In this document: piece after piece, positions 1-12,630 of the stretch
How positions within the stretch are numbered: position 1 is the stretch's first letter
Layout of the letters: each line of letters opens with the position of its first letter
From: Vicugna vicugna
Lineage: Eukaryota
Direction of reading: 5' to 3'
DNA: 64,000 nucleotides
Assembly (NCBI GenBank): GCA_013265495.1
Contig: MU058065.1
Coordinates: forward strand, 8,659,819 to 8,723,818
Made by a program: the position numbers and the translations under genes
Notes under the pieces: model-generated
The model's input: only the letters and a program-made list of their open reading frames with translations
The model's database searches: none
Told to the model about the DNA's origin: nothing

Positions 1-72
1 AAATACAGTCACATTTTGAGGGTTTAGAACTTCAACATATACATTTGGGGGAAAGAGATGAAAATTCAGCCC
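1..72 (-). mobile_element. MaLR (MLT1B/C-like) LTR terminal fragment
   Basis: aaatacagtcacattttgag...acttcaacatat...aattcagccc matches the recalled MLT1 terminus; it appears to resume briefly after base 447. Confidence 0.7.
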
Positions 73-443
73 TGTAAAAAAATTAATAAACAGAAACCTC
101 AATTAAATAGTCAGGAGACCAGAAGGGGGAGCTCTGATGCCCTATGATGACAGCGGAGTCCAACAGAAGAAGGACTCCCTCTTCTTTCCTGGTAAGAGCC
201 CAGCCAGTGAGAGACGGTCACAACTCAGCCAATGAAATGCCACGGACTCTTTGTTTACTATAGTGCCCCCCAACTTCTTTCCCCTCCGTAAAAGAGCTCT
301 CCTCTCCATTTTTGTGGGGCACTTGGACATGGCTCACTGTGGTTGCAGACTCTGAATTGCAATTCTTTGTTCATCTCAAATAAATCTATTTTTCCTAGAG
401 AAATAGTATTTCTCTAGTTAGCAGTCTGTGTTTTAGGTTAACA
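73..443 (+). mobile_element. ERV1-class solo LTR
   Basis: TG...CA ends, CCAAT at about 239, AATAAA at 379-384, ends tttaggttaaca; degenerate 4-bp TSD gccc (69-72)/gtcc (444-447). Confidence 0.7.
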
Positions 444-3400
444 GTCCATATCACCATATTTTTTTTTCTTAAATCAAATACAGCCATTTGTATATTCTAC
501 AAAATAAATGCCAAAATACTAGCATTACAAATCATATCACTCCTATTCACATAATATAATGAGTTCAGTTACTTAGTTGTTTTGTGGATAGATAGAGTGT
601 TCATTTTAGTAGCCCCCTAGGAGAGAGTCTTGAAGACTAACTAAATTTTTTTTTAAATAAGAGGGTCTTAGTTTTTATTTTACTGTGAACTTACTGCTGC
701 CCAGCTGTTTCATCTTGCTCTTGACTAGAAAACTTTTGCATGAGAAGCTGATTTTAAAATGGTAATGAAAGGATTTTCAGTAAAAGAGAAGAGAAAGACA
801 AGAAATCTTTGGTTTGGGATTCTCTGAGCTGACTGAAAAGAGAAAATCCAAACAGCCCTTTCTCTCTTTGGGAAGTTTAAGAAACAAGCCTAGCAGATCT
901 GAATTAGCTCAAAGGAAAACCACAGGCTAAGACCAGTATAAGTGGGACACGGACTCCTCAGCTAAGCTCTGGCCTGATAAGGCCACTTGCCAGCCAGGAA
1001 GCTCGTCTGGTTACAGAATGGACTGGGTGTTTCCCGTCCCCTCCAGCTGCCCAGAGATGTACACTGAAGCACCACCGTGGGGCTCTCTCTGGTCTGCATC
1101 CAGCCCTGCCAGTCCACGCACCTCACCTCTTGCCTCTTATCTCTCCGTGGAGCCTCGAACATTCCCCAGCTTCTGCCTCTGAGTTTCCCACTTTACATTT
1201 ATTCCAGGAGGCTGCTGTGGGCGGGGGCCAGTGTCCTAGTACCCAATCCGAATTTGCTGATTGACTGATTGATTGATTCATCAAACTTTATAGACCCCTC
1301 TCCACCCTCCCTACTCCTTGGCCAAGTCCTTTTCAGCTCTCTGAGTCTGTAATCCATTCTATAAAAGTGGTTGTTCATCAAGATGATCTCTATGACTCCT
1401 CTTCACCCTAATGTTATGAGCCTAAGCTTCAGTTTCAGACTTTAGTGTATATTTTTAAAATAATCCCATGTATATTTACAAAAGAACCTTAATATAGAAA
1501 GTGCCTTTGCCTAACAGCTAGGGAAAGAAAAGTACCCCTTTCTTCCTAGGGTTTTAAGCTCATTTTGGATGGAAAATTCAAGCTCACCTCCACCATGAGT
1601 CTTACTCTTGTTCCTCTGTTCTGCTTGGGCCACTCTTGTTTATGGAAGCAACTCTGAGGTCACTGCTAACACTACAAATAAGCTGAAACATTCTCCTTCA
1701 ATGACATTGGCAGGTTTACCACCAATGATCAGGCTAAATAACCCATATATAATTCTGAACAACATAAACTTAAAAATTCCAAATGACCATCTGTAAGATG
1801 GCATTGTCAGCACTGCTTTGCTTTTTAAAATCAGAATTGCTAATGAATTGTTTTCTAATGCTCTTTTGGACCAGCGTACGGATATTTTCCTAAGACATTC
1901 ACAATTGCAAAATGGCTTTGTACTGTTTTCTCTGCTCACCCACTCATCACCCACACATACCTGACCTCCTACTCCTTGCTGACTCATGGGACCGGCCTCC
2001 TCCCACACACTCACTCAGTGACCGGCCCCTACTATCTCCCCTCTCCTTTGTTCTCTCCCAAATCCACCCACTCAGCTGCTTCACGCACGCAGGTGGGCAT
2101 GTTTATATACCCACTGCTCAGCAGCCAAAGCACAAAGCATACTGGCTTAAGAGGGGAAGAGAATAATTTTTCCAATGACCATTATGGTTTTTTTTTTATT
2201 TTGTTTTGTTTTGATTAACAAGCTCTATCCACACATGAGTAGTTGATAGACAGATCTTTTATACTTAAATCATTTTTTCAAAACTCCCTCATACATAATT
2301 GGATTTTCTATTTTGAAAAACTACCAAAATATATGTGCACTTTGAGTGCTGTAATTTTTTTTCAGTGACAACAGATGCCCTTATCTTTTGCTCAGATTGA
2401 AACGCTTTACTCATATTTTGAAGTGAATGGGTGTACCAATGAGACAATGGCTCATTGGGATGGTTATTCGAAATGACAGTATCTGAGCTACAGCTGGAGT
2501 CAACAGGCAGCCCCAACAAGATTAATTAGCTGTAAATTATGCCAGAGCAATTCCAGAGCCAACACCAGAAACAAGGGTCTGCCCACTCATCAAAGTCCTG
2601 CCAAGACTTCTCCTTGGGGAGGCAGGCCCCAGGGAGGCAGGGAGGCCAGCCTTTGCTTCTTGTGGGTATTTCTAAGGCCGCCAGAAAGGCCTTCCCCAAA
2701 TCACCCTCACTCCAATGTTGCTATGCCTAAAATTCCAGCATTAGAGAGTCATTCCTTCTCAGTATTCAACATATGAAGAATGAGAAAGATATTGCTGGAG
2801 TTCCTTCCCATTTGTGATAACTATTTTTATCTTTTCAAGGAGTACAGATTATATGCCACATGGCTTGAACAGAATCTATCCTGCAGTATTATGAATCGAC
2901 TCTTTAACAGGAAATATGGGCATAACGGTGGCTTTAGGAGTGCACGATTGAATTTGTGCTGGTATTTTTTTGTTTTTCTTTGTTGTTTGACTTTCTCAAT
3001 ATTATAATTGATGTGCACTCCTCAAAGGAAGGCTGGGGCCATTTCTCCATCTCATTTCTCTCTCTGAGGTATAGCACCACGTCTAACATGTAGTGGCACT
3101 CAGTCCAAGACTGGAAAATTGCTACCCATCCCTGGTAATTTCTCTTGTCAGCACTACACCTTAGAGCCAGTTTTATTCTACTTTTTATCCACCAGTATTT
3201 TACTCTTTATTTTGACTATAACTACTCTTTCCTTTAAATTTTCACAATGCTGGCTCCACTTGCTGATGCATTTATCACTTTCTCTCTTGTATCACATTTA
3301 ATCTTAGAGTTCTTCGTGGCTTGTAAGAACTTTTTAAGTTAGATCTCTATATGATTTAACTTTATATCCTCACACAAAGCAAAGAGCCTTACACACACAC

Positions 3401-4170
3401 ACACACAAATCCTCACATAGAATGATGCAAGCAAAGTATCAAAAGTAAGAAACAAATGCCTTCGCGCCCATTCCACAGCTACCGTGGTGACATGACTGCC
3501 ACCAAGTCTCTAGTTGTGAGCTTCCAGCTAACGACAGTTGAATGAACGTAGGCATATATCTCCTCTCAGTAGAGACCAGAAGAGGGGTTATGAATGGATG
3601 TGATATTTCAATCAATGTTTGGTGGGAAGAGAATAGAGGAAAGTTAACTGGCCCAATGGGAGGGGAATTCCCAATCTAAAGTGTGTGCAGTGGGGGATAC
3701 TGAAGATAAGCAAGGTATTTCACCTTGAAGAACCTGAAGGAGGCCCAGGACTCAGGGTCCCCAGATTTGGCAGAAGGTGATGGTAAGGAGTAGGGTGTAA
3801 AGCAAAAGTTGAAAGCTTATATACGGAACAGTCAACTATTTTTATACCCCTAGGCACAGAAAATCAGCAGCCAGGCTACTCCTCCTTGGAGGAGGAGGAA
3901 AAGGGAAATTTATTTCCTGGAGACTCTGTAGGAAAGGCCTGGGTATAAGAGGAGTCAGGTCTGTAGAAGACATGGATAAGGCATGGGGATGTAAACAGCA
4001 AAATGAATTGGAAGTCTGCACTGGGAGTGGCTGGGTCATTTGTGCCCTCTCTACTGCCACACAAGTTGATCAGGAAACTAACCCTAGGCCAGGCTTTTTC
4101 AAGCTGTGGGTTATGATATCAGTTATGATTAGTGGATTATGAAATCAGTTGAAAGGGTCATAATGAACAT

Positions 4171-4906
4171 TGTCATGGGTTGGGTTCCTCAGGAAGCAGA
4201 TTCTGAGAGAGAGCTGAGGGTTCAGAATGTTCATTAGGGCATGCCTTTGGGATCAAAACCTGGAGAAGGAAACAGAACTGGACACAGGAGGAAGCAGAAC
4301 TGTGGTTCAAGGCTGAAGGATGCTTTAGCCAAGCCCATGGGGAATTACTGAAGCTAGAAAGGCTCTTCAGAGTTATCCCAAGTCAGGCCAAGGTGGCCAG
4401 GCCTATATCCCCTTTATCCTTTATTTGGAGATGAGGTCTTTTAAGAGGGGATTAAGTTAAAAGGGTAATGTCCTTATCTGATGTGACTGGCGTCCTTAGA
4501 AGAAGAGGAAGAACCACCAGGGGCGTGCATGCACAGAGAAGAGGCCACGGGAGGACACAGCGAGAAGGTGGCCATCTGCAAGCCAGGGAAAGAGGCCTCC
4601 GGAGAGAACAAACTGCTGACATCTTACTTGGCCTTCTTGCCCCTAGAGCTGCAAGGAAATAAATTTCTGTTGTTTAAGTCACCCAGTCTGCAGTATTTTG
4701 TTATGGCAGCCCTGAAAAATTTATCCATCCCCCTTCACTGGATGTGACCATCCCAGGAAGTGTGACCTTGGGCATGTCCCCTCCTGAGGGGAGGCAATCC
4801 CGGGAGGGGCTGCCGGCTGGAGACTGCCCACCAGTGGCACTCAGCAACGAGGCCACCAGGCTTTCTCTGCAGAGGATGTGACTGGTACATCACAAGGTCT
4901 GTTGCA
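4171..4906 (-). mobile_element. ERVL solo LTR (LTR16A-like), split by MLT1B
   Basis: TG...CA ends, perfect 5-bp TSD aacat (4166-4170 and 4907-4911); similar to the copy at 43.7-44.1 kb. Confidence 0.8.
4418..4722 (+). mobile_element. MaLR LTR (MLT1B-like)
   Basis: gaggacacagcgagaaggtggccatctgcaagcca...aataaatttctgttgtttaag...gtattttgttatggcagccc. Confidence 0.85.
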
Positions 4907-6934
4907 AACATTAAAGAAAATAGAATCAATAGATTAAAGTATCAGAGAGACTTACATGTAAAAAAATTACTGTTTCATGAAACTTTTTTGCATATATATA
5001 CATATGCATATATATATATGTGTGTGTGTGTGGACTGGACATGATGAAAAATAATTTCTTCCTGACTTTTAAATATTTAAAAGTCACTTCCCTAGGCAAG
5101 ATATTAGAGAAATGTTTTCTGAGAAAAGCTAAACAGACCCAGAGAAGAAACAGTGTTTTCTCCATCATCCAAAAGTGAACCCATGATCTGATAAACCCCA
5201 TCCATACACACAGAGTTCCTCATCGGCTTTTTAGCACCCTGTTCTTAAATATAAACTGACAAAAAACAGACCGTCAGGTATATAGGAAACTCTAACCTAA
5301 AATAGAGGACTCAATATGATAAACAGAATATAGAATACAAAGGAAACTATAGAGAAGAGGAAAAATACTGTTTCTATGCTAATTTATAGCCTCAAAAATT
5401 ATAAGAAGATTTGAATATATAAAAAAAGGCAGGATGCTATGATAAAAAGAATGTTAAGGAAAAACAAGAGTGGGCTCCTGAAAATTAAGAATACAATGAT
5501 AATAATAATAAAAAAAAAACTTCAGTAGAAGGATTGGAAGATAAAACCAAGGAAATCTGCAGAAAATAGAACCAAAAGATGAGTCAATGAACAATAAGAA
5601 AGAAAACATATGAGATTTAGAGGCCCAATCCAGTAGGCATAATATCCGACCAGAAGAAATTCTAAAAAGAAAAGAAATGGAGGAAAAATTATCCAAGAAA
5701 AGTTACCAGAACAGGATGGCATAAGTCTCAAAATTGAAAATGTCCATCAAGTACTCAGCACACCAAATATAAAAGGGTACGTCTTTGAAAAACAAGTGTC
5801 AGACCAACCACTGGGAATAATGAAAGAATCTCAAAAACTTCCAGAGAAAGAAAAACAAATGATTCTCATACTAAAAAGTAGGAATCAGAATGCATCAGAC
5901 TTTGCAACCACAATATTGGACTAAAAAAAAAATGGAGCAATACCTTAAGAATTATGAAAGATAATTTTTTTAAGCCTCAAATACCAGACACAGCCAAACT
6001 ATCAATAAAATGTGAGGACAGAATAAAAATATTTCAGACATAGAAGAATTCAGAATGTTTACCTCTTATGTGTCTTTTTTAGGAAGCTACTGCAGGATAT
6101 GATCTAGAAAAACAAGGGGGGAAACAGGAAAGAGAAAGACATCAGATCCAAGAAATAGGAGTTCCATCACATTTGGATAGAAAGGGAATCCATGTGATCA
6201 CTGCAAAGGGGATTTGAGCGCAGCAGCTCTGCAAGAAGCCTAGAGAATACAAGTTCAAACTGATGCAACAGGACACAGGGCTCCAGGAAGGTCTGCAAGA
6301 GAATTAAGAAATTTTTAGAATGCTTCATGAATTTGAATGTACTGAGAGAGTTGAATTTCTGGAAGAGAATAGGGAATTAATTTTTTGATGGGTATATAGA
6401 AAAGCAAGCACATAAATAAGATGAGATGATCATCAATTCCAGAAAAAACAAATTTGTACCAAGAAAGATAATATAATCATAGTACATTACATGTCTCAGC
6501 CTTAAATAATACTTACGTTATCTTAGTTATGTAAAAACTGAACAGTGACCTGAGAAAAACATCATGGTATAACTATATTGGGAGAATAAGAGGAGGGTAT
6601 AAGAGAATAAATCCATATCTTCCATAGAAGAGAGTCAAAGATATTATTATCTAAAACTTTGAAAAGTCAAGAATAGCATTAGAAATGTGAAGATAAGTAC
6701 CAGAAAAAACAGCTGAAAGTTGAGTGTGGTTGATTCTGGGAATGAAATTAGAACCAAAACTTGCAGGTTGTGCAGGAAAAGGGGATGCTCTTTTTCTTTC
6801 TGACTTTGAAGAGAGATTTGGCTTTTAAAACTCTGTGCATTTATAACTTAGGTGAAACAGTTTTAAAGAGAAAAATAATAATATGGGCATATTATTTTTG
6901 AGATATGGAGGCAACCATCTTAAATGCTGTAGGG

Positions 6935-7103
6935 AGTCCTGGGGATGTAATGAACACACAGGGAATACAGTCAATAAAATTTTAGCAACTTTGGGGAAGG
7001 ATGGTAACCAGACTTATTGTGGTGATTACTTCACAATGTGTAAAAATACCAAATCACTAACAGAATAGTGTATGTTAAGTACAACTTAATATAAAAAAAA
7101 AAA
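6935..7103 (+). mobile_element. L1 3' terminal fragment (L1MA9-like) with poly(A)
   Basis: ggtaaccagacttattgtggtgat...aaatcacta...A-tail; similar to 54420-54600. Confidence 0.7.
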
Positions 7104-7634
7104 GCTAAAGGGAGATGACTGGGGGAGGGGCAGGCAGAACAGGAGTCCATCTTCACTGGAAGCACTATTAAACCTTTTGATTTTGTAGGCTTATGATGAC
7201 ATTACACTGAAGAATATTCTTAAATAAAAAATTAAAACAATTAATTTTCAGGAATGGATGCAGGCATGTAGACACTTAGGATGGGTTCTGAATTTTAGCT
7301 CTGCTGCTTGCAGGTTCCTAGCATTTAAAATCTTAACATCTTTCTTATAAAGGGCAAGGAGTTCATGAGGAAACACATTTGGAAGCTTCTGGTGGATTGA
7401 AAATAATCAATAAAAGTTTCCTTCTTTCCTCTTACAAATAAAACAGGTTGGGAAGCATTGCCTTAAACAGGTGGCATAAAATTCCATTATAAGGACGGGT
7501 AGCCATTTAGATAAAGTCTTTTTCAGTGCTTCCTTATAAAATTTATAAGAGTAGCTAAATTTTCACGCCTTTAAGTGATCTTTTGATGTCTCCCAAATCT
7601 GAATGGAAATTGTTACATTAGGTTTACGTATGAC

Positions 7635-8082
7635 TTTGGATTGTTAAGTTCAGCTACAAGGAACTTAATAGGGACCCCAAGATAGCTGTTTAAACAATGA
7701 GATTACTCATTCCCATAAAAAGAATTCCAGAGAAACTAGCCTAAAGCTAACAAGGTGGCTTCGTAATCATCAAAATCCTGTTGCTTTATTGCTAAGGTGT
7801 GAATCTCAGCTCAGGGAGTGCAAGCCAGCACGTCCACCCAACAAGAGCAGGATGGAGGAGAAGGGTGTGCCCTTTCCCTTTCAGGAAGACTTCCCAGAAG
7901 TCACTATCCTGTCTCCATTTAGGTCTCATTGTGAGGAACGTAGTCACACGACCAATTAGCTACAAGTTTGGTTGCAAGCTGTGGTCTATTAGCTGGGTGG
8001 CAATATGTCCAGCTTAAAAAGGAGTTCCTTTAATTTGAGAGAGGAGAATGAATATTTGGTAGGCAAGCAGCAGTCTTCACAA
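7635..8082 (-). mobile_element. Old MaLR LTR (MLT1K/L-like)
   Basis: ttcccagaagtc...tctcattg...tagtcacacg...agctgggtggcaatatgtccagct motif; similar to 9.3 kb and 30 kb copies. Confidence 0.65.
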
Positions 8083-8256
8083 TATGTTTTAGTAATTGCC
8101 ATGTACTTCATTTCAAACAAAAACAATCTGTCAATTTGTTATTTCATATATACTGCTAGAAAAGCTGGCATAAGCATTAATGAAGACCAATTAGCAAACT
8201 TATTATTTGAAGTCTTGATTATATATTTGCATTGGACTTAATAATTCGTGATTAAG

Positions 8257-8500
8257 GCAGTGTAGTCAGGGGATAAAAACCCAGATTCCGAAGCAGACTG
8301 CTTGCCTTCCATTTATTATTCGTGTGACCTTAAGAAAACTGCTTAAGGGCTCTGTGCCTTAGTTTTCTTTTTCGTAAGGTGGAGATAAAAATAATGGGAC
8401 CTATCTAATAGGATTTTGGAGGATCAAATGAGTTAACACATGTAATGTACTTAGAATATTGTCTGGCATATAGTAAGTGCTCAATAAATGTTAGCTATTA
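8257..8500 (+). mobile_element. MIR SINE
   Basis: MIR core gtgtgacctt...ctctgtgccttagtttt and tail tggcatatagtaagtgctcaataaatgttagctatta. Confidence 0.85.
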
Positions 8501-9299
8501 ATATGTCTTTTACTTGAATTAAAAGCTTTTCCTTTAAAATCATAGGTATCTGTGACAATCTGATTCTCGCTTAAGAATTTCCAGATATGCAGTATTTTCC
8601 TGGCGTTGCATTTGTAGATAACTTAACAATACTAATCCCCAGAGTCAAACCCTAGGGCTTTACTTGAGCTAATAAATGTGATAGCCCCCGGTAGCATTAT
8701 GAGAGGAATGGAGTTGGGCACTGGGAAAACTGAACAGTAACTGGTGTGTCTCTTCTTCTCTCCCTTTCTCCCACTTCCTGTTTCAATAGACTTACTGATG
8801 ATGTCATTGCCTCTCCTCTCCCTGCCACAGACAGTCTCCTGTTGCCCCAGGGCTGCTCAGATTCTTGGTACCTCCACCCCCACTCGGCAGCAAGCCTTGC
8901 TCATCTGTAGTCCTTCCCAGTCATGTTCTCTAATAACTTCTGATGGTTCAAAATTATAAATTGCCTAGATCGGGGCAAAAATGTCATTTATATGTGTTTC
9001 TCTATCATTTTGGGGGGGGGGGTTTCCTCAAACATCTCTACAAATAGGAGAGGATTTATTTTTCTTTTAAAAAGCAATATTTAAGTAAAAGTTTGAGTAT
9101 TAATTGCATTAAAACTATAGCTAAGACACTTTCCTCACCTTTTAGAAATAATTTAAAAATTATATTTAAGGAAGTTTTAGAAAAGATAAGGAATTCATAT
9201 TTCTATTAACGTGTGGTTTCATCTTTGGACCTAAAGCAACTGCTTGGGTTGCCTCCATTTCCTTTTAGAGGGAGAGGGTAAATAAAGGTGGAGAACATG

Positions 9300-9521
9300 C
9301 GCCTTATCACACTTCCGGGCAAAACTGGGACACACATTCCTTCTGTTCATATTCTGTTGGTAAGAATCTAGTCACAAGGCAATACCTAGATTCAAGGGAG
9401 GCTGGGAAATGAGCTCCATAGCTGGGCATCCCTGTGACCAGCTAAAGCTGAGGTGGGGTTTCTGTTACCAAAAGGAGGAAGGAGGGAACAAATGTGGAGT
9501 GTGTTAGCAGTCTTTGCCACA
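9300..9521 (-). mobile_element. Old MaLR LTR fragment (MLT1K/L-like)
   Basis: tagtcacaaggcaatacctag...caagggaggctgggaaatg...gcagtctttgccaca. Confidence 0.65.
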
Positions 9522-9539
9522 CAAACATGTCACATAAAA

Positions 9540-9980
9540 GCAAGTTTATTTGCTTTTTACTTAACATTTATCAAAAGCTTTTTTTTTAATGTTACTACCT
9601 GGTCTTCATAATTATAAAGCAATAGCTTTATAATAATCAACGTGTGTATAATTAACAAATTCTTTGACTCTTTCTATTGTTGAAAATGGACATCCTTTTC
9701 AGTTCTTCACAATGTCACAAGAGATCTTTCCGTGAGTACAATGTTTTAAATCTTCTTGGGATGATTCCCTTAGAATAAATTCCCAGAAATAGGATTACTA
9801 GGTCAAAGGGTGTGTGAGTAGTTTGTGATTCTTAATGTTTTTGTTCTAAATTGGTTTCTGAGAAGGTAGTACCAATTTGTTCCCAAAGGAAATATGTCCA
9901 TTTTTTTAATGAATGTGGGGAGGAAGACATATTCACATATCCTTGTCAGTAGAATATTTTCAGTTTTCAGGGTCTGGCTG
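9540..9980 (-). mobile_element. Old L1 (L1ME-like) 3' fragment
   Basis: ttccttagaataaattcccagaaataggattactaggtcaaaggg-type antisense L1 3' motif. Confidence 0.6.
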
Positions 9981-10124
9981 GAATGATCAGGAAACATAAG
10001 ACTTGGGGTTGAATCTCTTATTCTGACACTTCCTATATATATATTCCTGTAAGGAAGAAGTTACTCTCCTTGTGTAAGATCCCTTACTTTAAAACTGAGG
10101 ATAAACATAGTTCCCTCATAAGGC

Positions 10125-10527
10125 TGTGTGGTCATTTTAAAGCTGTTGACAAATATTCTGTTTTATCATCTTCTATGCACAAGTTAAAAATACAATTTCC
10201 TGCTCTTTTGAAGCTAGATATGGCCAAGTGACTTGCGTTAGTCAGTGAACTAGAAGCAAAAGTGACATGTATCATCTCCAGGCATACATTTTAAGAATCT
10301 GTGTGTTGTTTGCCACATTCTTTTCCTCCTTTGCCATGTGATCAGAAGTCTTTCAGATCATTCCAGCTCTTTAAATGAGTCCTCGAGTGAGGATGGCACA
10401 GAGCGAAGCCCCAAGCCAACCTGTGATGGATATGTGAATTGAGGAAGAAATAAATCTTTTTCTTTTTAGGACACTGAGACTTTGAAATTGTCTATTATTG
10501 CAGCATAATCTAGCCTATCCTGCCAGT
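10125..10527 (+). mobile_element. MaLR LTR (MLT1I/J-like) inserted in a MIR
   Basis: ggccaagtgacttgc...gaagcaaaagtgacatgt...aaataaatcttt...gcagcataatctagcctatcctg. Confidence 0.7.
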
Positions 10528-10609
10528 TTTCTCAGGATTAATCAAACAATATGCATAAGATGTTGAACTAATGCTAGAGCCTCAATATACATCCTTTATG
10601 ATAATGATT

Positions 10610-10800
10610 ACTACCATTCATTCAATGCCCACTATATGCCAGGCATTTTTATACATTATCCGTAATTTTCAGAACCTTGCATACTATAAAAGTCTTCATT
10701 TATAAAGGAGAAAACAAAGCCAGAATGGTTAGTATTCTGCCTAATACCATCCAGCTAGGAAGCTGCAGAGCAGGGATTCAAACCTGGTGTATTTCTTTCC
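10610..10800 (-). mobile_element. MIR SINE
   Basis: cactatatgccaggc...cagctaggaagctgcagagcagggattcaaacctgg. Confidence 0.7.
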
Positions 10801-11199
10801 ATCTTTATCTTTTTTCATTGTCTTTGGAAGTTTATGGCATTTACTTTCATTATTTACATCACTGTGTGAATCTTTTTACATTTGTTTTGTGAACTTCCTG
10901 CAAAACCCCCCTCTATTTTCTTAAACTTGTTGCAAGATAAACAGATTTGAATCAAAGGTACAGCCGCTTGCTATTCAAGCCTCTGCTTGTTCTCCTGAAG
11001 AAACCACATGAACTCAAGTACCTGTTACATTTTTCTTGGCTTGAAAATATCTGAGAGCAATTAAGATTTATATGCGTTTGAAAGGGAGAAAAAAAAAAGA
11101 TTTCAAAACTGGAGTGGAATGAGTCAGATTAGAATGAGTTAGATTAGATTAAGTAAATTCTCAAACCAAACACTTACTGACACTGTGTGTCTCTCTGTC

Positions 11200-11405
11200 T
11201 TTTAACAACTTTAGTAAGATACAATTCAACCATCTAAAATTACAATTCAATGGCTTTTAGTATCATCACAGAGTTGTGCATCCATTGCCCCAATCAACTT
11301 TAGAATATCTTCGTTACCTCAAAAAGAGATACCACACCCCTCAGCCATCATGAGAACCTCACCCCCCAGCCCCAGGCAAAACTGCTAATTTACTTTCTGG
11401 ATTCT
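11200..11405 (-). mobile_element. L1MB-like 3' end fragment
   Basis: tacaattcaatggcttttagtat...cacagagttgtgca...ccaggcaaaactgctaatttactttctg. Confidence 0.7.
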
Positions 11406-11904
11406 GTCTCTTTCCTGTGTCTCCCAGAATGTCAGTTTCCCTCCATCCCCAACAAATTATTCTCCACCCTCCCTCCACTTCTGCCCCATGCCCAATTCTG
11501 CAAAGCTTCATTCAGTTATTTTTAATTCAAAGCCTAAATTCTACAGTATCTAGTGTAAGAAACAAGTTTCTTTTCTTCAAAAAAATTTTTTTACTTTACT
11601 AAAAATTTAGAATTTCCTTGCTATGTATTACTAAAGGTTTAAAAATACACATGATTTTTTTTTTAAAGCTCTCATCTGTTCATGAGCTGATTATCCAGTT
11701 TGTAGGGCTTTCAAAACTTTTTCTTCTCTTTTATTGTTCTCTTATAAGCCATTTCACAAGTTGTTAGTACCTCTAACTCATTGTAAAAATGAGTTTAATA
11801 TAACTTCAAATAGATGAGATAATTAAAATTGCTCTCTTATGAATCTGTTATTTTTAAAGTGTTGGTTAGGAGAAGACAGAAATTGAAAGTAATGGTTAAA
11901 AAGA

Positions 11905-12630
11905 ATACCCTTCGCCACGGTTTTGCTTTCTGTGGTTACCTGCAGTCAAGCATGGTCCAAAAATATTAAATGGCAAATTCCAGAAATATACAATTCACAA
12001 ATTTTAAATTGCATGCATTCTGAGTAGGATGACAAAATTTTTCATCGTCCAGCTCCATCCTGCCCGGGACGTGAATCATCCCTTTGTTCAGCATATCCCT
12101 CCCGTTAATCACTTAGTAGCTGTCTGGGTTATCAGATCAACAGCCGTGATATCACAGTGCTATTGTTCCAGTCACCCTTATTTTACTTAATAATGGCCCC
12201 AAAGTGCAAGAGTAGTGACGCTGGTAATTCCAATATGCCAAAGAGAAGCTTTGAAGTGCTTGTTTTAAGTGAAAAGGTGAGAATTCTCTACTCAATAAGA
12301 AAAGAAAAAAAATCGTATGTTGAGGGTGCTAAGATCTATGGTAAGAATGAATCTTCTATCTGTGAAATTATGAAGGAAAAAGAACTTTATGCTAGTTTCT
12401 GTGGTCACATCTTAAAGTGCAAAAATTATGGCCACAGTGCGTAATGAGTGCTTAGTTAAGATGGAAAAAGCAATAGATTTGATATTTTAAATAAGATATT
12501 TTGAAAGAGAGAGACCACATTCACACAACTTTCACTACAGCATATTGTTACAAGTTTTCTATTTTATTATTAGTTATTGTTAATCTCTTACTGTGCCTAG
12601 TTTATAAATTAAACTCTATCATAGGTATTG
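11905..12630 (+). mobile_element. MER44-type (Tigger7 deletion derivative) DNA transposon carrying the transposase N-terminus
   Basis: ORF 12157-12444 contains MAPKCKSSDAGNSNMPKRS...LSEKVRIL...KKSY.E.AKIYGKNESSI (Tigger/CENP-B-type HTH); MER44 3' part gagagagaccacattcac...aatctcttactgtgcct. Confidence 0.85.

Larger units (their letters stand above)
4090..5089. mobile_element. Non-autonomous hAT-Charlie DNA transposon, split by an LTR
   Basis: Ends caggctttttcaa...tttaaaagtcactt; perfect 8-bp TSD ccctaggc at 4082-4089 and 5090-5097. Confidence 0.75.
3500..6880 (+). mobile_element. HAL1/old L1-related element (ORF1-like remnant), interrupted by nested insertions at 4082-5097
   Basis: A-rich decayed ORF1-like sequence at 5300-6100 (gaaggattggaagataaa...atgagatttagagg...aaattgaaaatgtccatcaagtac) followed by a HAL1-type 3' region with no ORF2. 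Confidence 0.65.

Noticed and set aside
8965..9260. Possible hAT-Tip100 fragment
   Set aside because: The similarity is too weak and no TIR pair or TSD was found.
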